Position numbers and translations under genes: made by a program | Shown here: piece by piece, positions 60,701 to 64,000 of the stretch | Position numbering within the stretch: the first letter of the stretch is position 1 | How the letters are laid out: every line of letters begins with the position of its first letter | Notes under the pieces: model-generated | What the model saw: only the letters and a program-made list of their open reading frames with translations | Database searches by the model: none | Told to the model about the DNA's origin: nothing | Source of the DNA: a virus | Virus record (IMG/VR): IMGVR_UViG_3300042460_000724 | Location: 46,306 to 110,305 of that record | Direction: 5' to 3' (one strand) | Length of the DNA stretch: 64,000 nucleotides

Positions 60701-61370
60701 TTGTACTACCACTTAAATACAAATCTTTCCAACGGTTGGTCGTGTTACCCAAATTATATGTTACATTTGCACTAGGTATTAGATTTCCAGTTACATTACC
60801 GGAAATTTGTAAATTACCAATATTTGCTAACCCTAATGTGTTTAAGTTAGCACCATCAATATTACCATCTGCATTAATATTAAAATTGGCTTCAATGTTC
60901 GCATTAACATTTAATATATTGGCTAAGTTTGTAATACCATCAACATTTAAACTAGTTAAGTTACCAACTGAAGTTATGTTTGATTGTGCATTAGTTGTTA
61001 ATGTACCAGTAAAGAAGTTAGCAATTGCTAGATTACCCAAATTAGCATTATTGGCTAAGACATTACCAACAATAGTCAATAAACTTGTTGCAGGGTCAAA
61101 CGTAAAGTTTGAACTGGCTGCAAAGTTATTACCTTCATTATACTGAATCTGATTATTAGCACCGGCAGCTTCTTGTAAATCCCAAGGTTGACCATTTGCA
61201 TATAATAAATTATTTGTTCGTAAATTACCAACGTTAGCGGTATCTGTAACGAAAAGATTAGCTGATAAATTAGCATTACTTGTGGTAATGTCACCGTTCG
61301 CTAAAATAACGTTTGCGGCATTTTCTCCTACTGAGAATCCACCAACTGAGTTAAATGCTTTAATTGCCAT
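57714..61370 (-). CDS. Fibre/structural protein with a large C-terminal globular region
   Basis: 1218 aa; FNSVGGFSVG N-terminus, stalk repeats, then a non-repetitive region after LGKLVPPAPP. Confidence 0.8.
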   Translation of the reverse strand: MAIKAFNSVGGFSVGENAANVILANGDITTSNANLSANLFVTDTANVGNLRTNNLLYANGQPWDLQEAAGANNQIQYNEGNNFAASSNFTFDPATSLLTIVGNVLANNANLGNLAIANFFTGTLTTNAQSNITSVGNLTSLNVDGITNLANILNVNANIEANFNINADGNIDGANLNTLGLANIGNLQISGNVTGNLIPSANVTYNLGNTTNRWKDLYLSGSTIIIGDQSISANAGGLSLSNITYLSSLEVTGNANIGLTLTGNAANFSGNVIAPNVTVNLELSGNTANFSGNVIAPNVTVNLALSGNTANFSGNVIAPNVTVNLELSGNTANFSGNVIAANLQSNALTNTYVTFAGTGGVLTNSANITYNDSTQLLTVIGNSQFNNANLGNLATANFVNVASNVFVTDTANVGNLRTNNLLYANGQPWDLQEAAGANTQIQFNDGNNNFGASANFAFNDGTQLLTVTGSANISNVANVGNLIVTGTSNLGNVGNVTITGGSNGYYLQTNGSGNLTWASIDSSGVANGTSNVSIPTANGNVNLVANGNTTLVVTQLGANITGYANVTGNVSASYFIGNGSQLTGVSAASSSELANGTSNVTIPTANGPIIFAANGVANIMNVSDTGTVIQNILTVADGNITTESNSNLVLDPNGTGVVVIANTSGGATAIAMGSPTQGNLISNAVTLTTDSSVSNAIAQLNTVLGKLVPPAPPNFPASQSISVQTLSTYRMANYVQTDNTPGANKSVAGGTTVTSARRASSYTTGNITIAGPGDTGTITAFLNGSNAGSRTLTTALDGNGTYSNLVIFNNYDYNVANANIAAGFWSVFSSRVAGTVTEGWNEVYIADSATTNTNTTSWFYDSSAPGTPAFSSLTISAPVSPSYTYSSTVPHYNNTNQFTLTANVNKLSGNMYPTSDSFVTGTAGGAFAAPASVTYAAAGVTTPLAQNLYVSSGNASISTTSTIISGFGASSTGPSLASNNSYNSNTQAFTSTLAANVLYKTGTTSSASVIEEANVFVGSTIGSGSGLAFRIVNPGSGNTPAYTGSEAAFNSQSGTLQTYDSTVVANTLKHDQTNYSTGYLPVGPDLSSGRTGTQYFTIKIVRTSVSKFDIKWSGTIAGLWVALPGSAIDTSSTLNGWLDMSIAYAGAGQPGAGTGGNGSNGASLGGVAPLNSAQTNKSVTATFGTVSSSSTPDNEIYIRIALTSGQSVTALSLQTASN
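60352..60585 (-). repeat. 66-bp (22-aa) tandem repeat, about 3.5 copies
   Basis: Unit GNTANFSGNVIAPNVTVNL(E/A)LS. Confidence 0.85.
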
Positions 61371-61391
61371 AATGTTGTCCTTGTCTTTATG

Positions 61392-61399
61392 TATTTATG
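61392..61399 (-). promoter_or_regulatory. Late-promoter-like element
   Basis: CATAAATA upstream of an AAGGA SD and ATG 61370. Confidence 0.55.
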
Positions 61400-61415
61400 T
61401 TAAATTTGTATATAG

Positions 61416-62369
61416 TTAGTTTGCATATTGTACAATCATCATATTATATTTTATAGGATTACTGTAATCCGGAGTCACTACTAACTGAACTGAATCTGGG
61501 CTTCCCGCCTGATATATTACTGAAAAACTACCCACACCACCATTGATGTATAGTCCTGAATATTCGTTAAATACTACCTCTGTACCCAAAATAGCGGCTG
61601 CTATTTTTGCTGTTTGTCTGGTGTTACTTGTCTCATCGGTTGATATTATAGTGAAATCAATTGCTGATAAATTAGCTAAAGAAGTTGACCATAATACTTG
61701 ATTTGGATCTGCTGTTGCAGTGGTAGCAAAATATACTGATGCGTGATAAAACTCATATATTCCAATACCCATTTGAAAAGTATTTGCTATTAAATTTTCA
61801 TTAATTGTTACATTATTACTACTGATGTTTCCTGCAACATCCATACCAGCATTACTAATTACTAATACATTATCTGTACCGTTAACTCCGGCAGTAATAT
61901 TACCATTAAATGTAGCAATGCTTACATTACTATTACCATTACTAATTGCTGATCCGGTACCAGGAGGTGACCATTGAATTATACCGTTGCCATCAGTGGT
62001 TAGTAAATAACCAGATCCGCCACCAGTAATAGTGATATTGGAGATTGGTCCTAAATTACTTAACCCGTTTACATTAATACTTGGTACTGTAAGTAAATTA
62101 GTTACATCATCAAATGTTAAATTTCCACTACCGTTAAACGTCCCGTTTCCGTTGAATTGTATACTATTATTAGGACCATAGGGATTTCCGCCCGCATTAA
62201 AAGGCATTCCATTGGCATAATAATAATTGGCGGCATATACGTTTGCGGCTGTAACATTGCCAGAGGTAACTAATACATTGGTAATTACATTGCCATTGGC
62301 ATCAATTACTGGTACAGGCGGTATACCTACTGAGTACCCACCCAACGAATTAAATGCTTCTGCTGCCAT
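61416..62369 (-). CDS. Fibre/structural protein, first gene of the array
   Basis: 317 aa; FNSLGGYSVG N-terminus, stalk motifs and a C-terminal beta domain (FNEYSG). Confidence 0.75.
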   Translation of the reverse strand: MAAEAFNSLGGYSVGIPPVPVIDANGNVITNVLVTSGNVTAANVYAANYYYANGMPFNAGGNPYGPNNSIQFNGNGTFNGSGNLTFDDVTNLLTVPSINVNGLSNLGPISNITITGGGSGYLLTTDGNGIIQWSPPGTGSAISNGNSNVSIATFNGNITAGVNGTDNVLVISNAGMDVAGNISSNNVTINENLIANTFQMGIGIYEFYHASVYFATTATADPNQVLWSTSLANLSAIDFTIISTDETSNTRQTAKIAAAILGTEVVFNEYSGLYINGGVGSFSVIYQAGSPDSVQLVVTPDYSNPIKYNMMIVQYAN

Positions 62370-62392
62370 GTAATATCCTGATAATTATATTA

Positions 62393-62400
62393 TATTTATC
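62393..62400 (-). promoter_or_regulatory. Late-promoter-like element heading the fibre array
   Basis: GATAAATA upstream of an AGGA SD and ATG 62369; a divergent TCTAAATA lies on the plus strand at 62450-62457. Confidence 0.55.
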
Positions 62401-62461
62401 TTTTTTTGCTTCTGTATGCTTACAAAAAAAACACCCTGGAGATCTTTTTTCTAAATATGAT

Positions 62462-62827
62462 ATGCTTACTCAACAAAAACCTAGACCACTATGCGAAAAC
62501 TGTAATGTAACATTAGCAAAAGCCAATGGCACAAGTAAACACGGTTTTATGAAATGGCACAAGTATTGTGTTGACTGCAGTAAAGCCGCATATAACTCAA
62601 AACACGGCTATCTATTACATAAAAAGAATAAATGCGAGAAATGTAGCTTTATACCAGAAGATAAATGTCAACTTGATATTGTATATAAAGATGGTAATAA
62701 AAAGAATAAAGAAAAAAGTAATTTAAAAACACTATGTGCCAACTGTAATAGACTGTATCAAAAAAAATTAAAAGAAAAACGTAAGAGTATATTAGATATA
62801 ACAGTTGATACAGACTATACATTATAG
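62462..62827 (+). CDS. Zn-finger / degenerate HNH-like protein
   Basis: Four CxxC pairs; QLDIVYKDGNKKNKEKSNLKTLCANCNR matches an HNH core lacking its histidines. Start revised to ATG 62462. Confidence 0.7.
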   Translation: MLTQQKPRPLCENCNVTLAKANGTSKHGFMKWHKYCVDCSKAAYNSKHGYLLHKKNKCEKCSFIPEDKCQLDIVYKDGNKKNKEKSNLKTLCANCNRLYQKKLKEKRKSILDITVDTDYTL

Positions 62828-62832
62828 CCAAC

Positions 62833-62856
62833 AAAAAAGCACTACGAATAGTGCTT
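62833..62856 (-). terminator. Rho-independent terminator between convergent genes
   Basis: Minus strand AAGCACTA-TTCG-TAGTGCTT followed by TTTT. Confidence 0.8.
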
Positions 62857-62890
62857 GATTGTAACTTCCCATCCCGTTGAGATATTGTAT

Positions 62891-63676
62891 TTATGCTTTT
62901 TCTTTACAATTGTCACCGTGCCATCTTGTATAGTTACTTGGTCCTACCTTCTTATCACAGTGTTCACATATCTTTTGTAAGTCAAGTCTGCTATTTGGAT
63001 TATTAAGTGAAAATTCCTTCTTCATTCTTTCAGCAACTTTATCCCCAAAGCCTTTTGGTTTAGGTACACCCTTTTGTTTATCTGACCGTATTTGTTTTTG
63101 TTCTTCACTCATAGGTCCTTTTGGCTTACCAATGGCTTTTAGCGACATTAGTTTTTTAGTTTCTTCACTTCTCTTTTGCCCCGTAACTTTAGCAATACGT
63201 TTTAGTTGACCTTCTGCTTGTTTAATGGGATCAACATTTCTAGTTCTGGCTGCTTTTCTTAAATTTTCTCTATGATCGTCTGTTATCTCTACTCCACCTT
63301 TATTCCAAGGTACAAGATTTTTAGATTTCATTAGTTTAGAATGATACTCTGCGTGTTCTATTCTATATTTTTCATACACACGTGCAGTAAAAACAGTATG
63401 GTATCTTTCATGGTGTTTGTTTTCTGCTCTCATTCCCATAAGCGCATATACCATCTTATGATAGTATTCTCCTTCAGTCATTTTTACTAATAACCAATGA
63501 CAGAGAAAATGTTCTCTGCAAGACAAATAAACTAGATTACTTTTGTCATTATTACCTCCCAATGATTGAGGGATAATATGATGGCGTTCTCTGCCTCGGG
63601 CTTTTTTCCAGCCTCGGGTAACTGCTTTCTCAATAGTTGAGAAGTATACTTTGGAATAAAATTTATTTGTGAACAT
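62891..63676 (-). CDS. Free-standing HNH homing endonuclease with NUMOD3-like DNA-binding repeats
   Basis: ERHHIIPQSLGG...NLVYLSCREHFLCH core; PWNKG, KRSEETKKLMS and MSEEQK repeats; C-terminal CEHC..RWHGDNC. Start probably ATG 63676, just past the promoter (the ORF track begins at GTG 63700). Confidence 0.85.
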   Translation of the reverse strand: MFTNKFYSKVYFSTIEKAVTRGWKKARGRERHHIIPQSLGGNNDKSNLVYLSCREHFLCHWLLVKMTEGEYYHKMVYALMGMRAENKHHERYHTVFTARVYEKYRIEHAEYHSKLMKSKNLVPWNKGGVEITDDHRENLRKAARTRNVDPIKQAEGQLKRIAKVTGQKRSEETKKLMSLKAIGKPKGPMSEEQKQIRSDKQKGVPKPKGFGDKVAERMKKEFSLNNPNSRLDLQKICEHCDKKVGPSNYTRWHGDNCKEKA

Positions 63677-63681
63677 AATAC

Positions 63682-63689
63682 TATTTATA
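63682..63689 (-). promoter_or_regulatory. T4-type late promoter for the HNH gene
   Basis: Perfect TATAAATA on the minus strand. Confidence 0.7.
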
Positions 63690-63692
63690 CAT

Positions 63693-63789
63693 AATATCAC
63701 TTTTCAGTGATTTTAGATACAAAAAAGGGCACCTAAGTGCCCAATTTTGATTTTGAATTACATTCAATTTATCACTGAAAAGTGAAATT
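63693..63789. repeat. 19-bp inverted repeat (1 mismatch) flanking the capsid terminator
   Basis: aatatcacttttcagtgat (63693-63711) and atcactgaaaagtgaaatt (63771-63789). Confidence 0.8.
63721..63742 (-). terminator. Rho-independent terminator after the major capsid gene
   Basis: Minus strand GGGCAC-TTAG-GTGCCC followed by TTTTTT. Confidence 0.85.
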
Positions 63790-63999
63790 TTATTGGAATG
63801 TAAGGTTCTGAACTGCTATCTCGCCAACGTAGTCTGCGGCATTGCCGAAACTCGATGCAGTGTTAGTTAATTCGATGTAACCATAACGTGTCATAAATGA
63901 TACGACTGGTTCGAATGTTGATGGATCTAGAACAACTCCACTGCTCATCAATGGAATGTATGGGCAATAGAATGCGGCTGCATCAGTCTCTGAAGAACC
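63790..63999 (-). CDS. gp23: Major capsid protein (T4 gp23-like), C-terminal 69 aa, begins beyond the right edge
   Basis: Not in the ORF track. Manual translation: GSSETDAAAFYCPYIPLMSSGVVLDPSTFEPVVSFMTRYGYIELTNTASSFGNAADYVGEIAVQNLTFQ*. YCPYIPL...DPxTFxP...TRYG is the gp23 C-terminal signature. Confidence 0.92.
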   Translation of the reverse strand, partial: GSSETDAAAFYCPYIPLMSSGVVLDPSTFEPVVSFMTRYGYIELTNTASSFGNAADYVGEIAVQNLTFQ

Positions 64000-64000
64000 T

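Noticed and set aside
9035-61146. Dozens of plus-strand ORFs (up to 454 aa, e.g. 55067-56431) rich in L/P/V/A/T
   Set aside because: Antisense shadows of the repetitive Gly/Asn/Thr-rich minus-strand genes; no independent motifs or expression signals.
62891-63790. Group I intron or intein in the capsid gene carrying the HNH
   Set aside because: The capsid gene ends with a normal C-terminus, stop and terminator before the HNH gene, which has its own promoter.
1-64000. Alternative genetic code or stop-codon recoding
   Set aside because: The standard code gives very long ORFs and near-complete coding density.
1-64000. tRNA, rRNA, IS elements, integrase or invertase
   Set aside because: Intergenic gaps are short and none showed such features by eye; a covariance-model scan was not possible.

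Overview
AT-rich segment of a large T4-like (myovirus/jumbo-type) bacteriophage genome, coded almost entirely on the minus strand. Reading from the right end, it contains: (1) the 3' end of a gp23-type major capsid gene and its terminator; (2) a free-standing HNH/NUMOD3 endonuclease and a degenerate HNH/Zn-finger gene; (3) about 54 kb of virion fibre genes, namely nine G/N/T-rich 'stalk' proteins, small adaptors, two six-LamG proteins, two glycine-rich domain proteins, chaperones and a 4384-aa RCC1/BLIP-II repeat protein; (4) a glycosylation cluster (GT9-methyltransferase fusion, GT25, two GT2-like genes, two methyltransferases, UDP-galactopyranose mutase, split HldE heptose kinase and nucleotidyltransferase, cupin). 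T4-type late promoter cores (TAAATA) head most blocks. Three observations stand out. The RCC1 protein parses by hand into 12 seven-bladed propellers nested recursively inside one another, with matched open and close linkers. The fibre genes show a plug-and-socket pattern of N- and C-terminal motifs colinear with gene order, suggesting a very long branched appendage. The adjacent sugar-modification cluster may glycosylate that appendage. All family calls come from motif recognition by eye; no database search was run.
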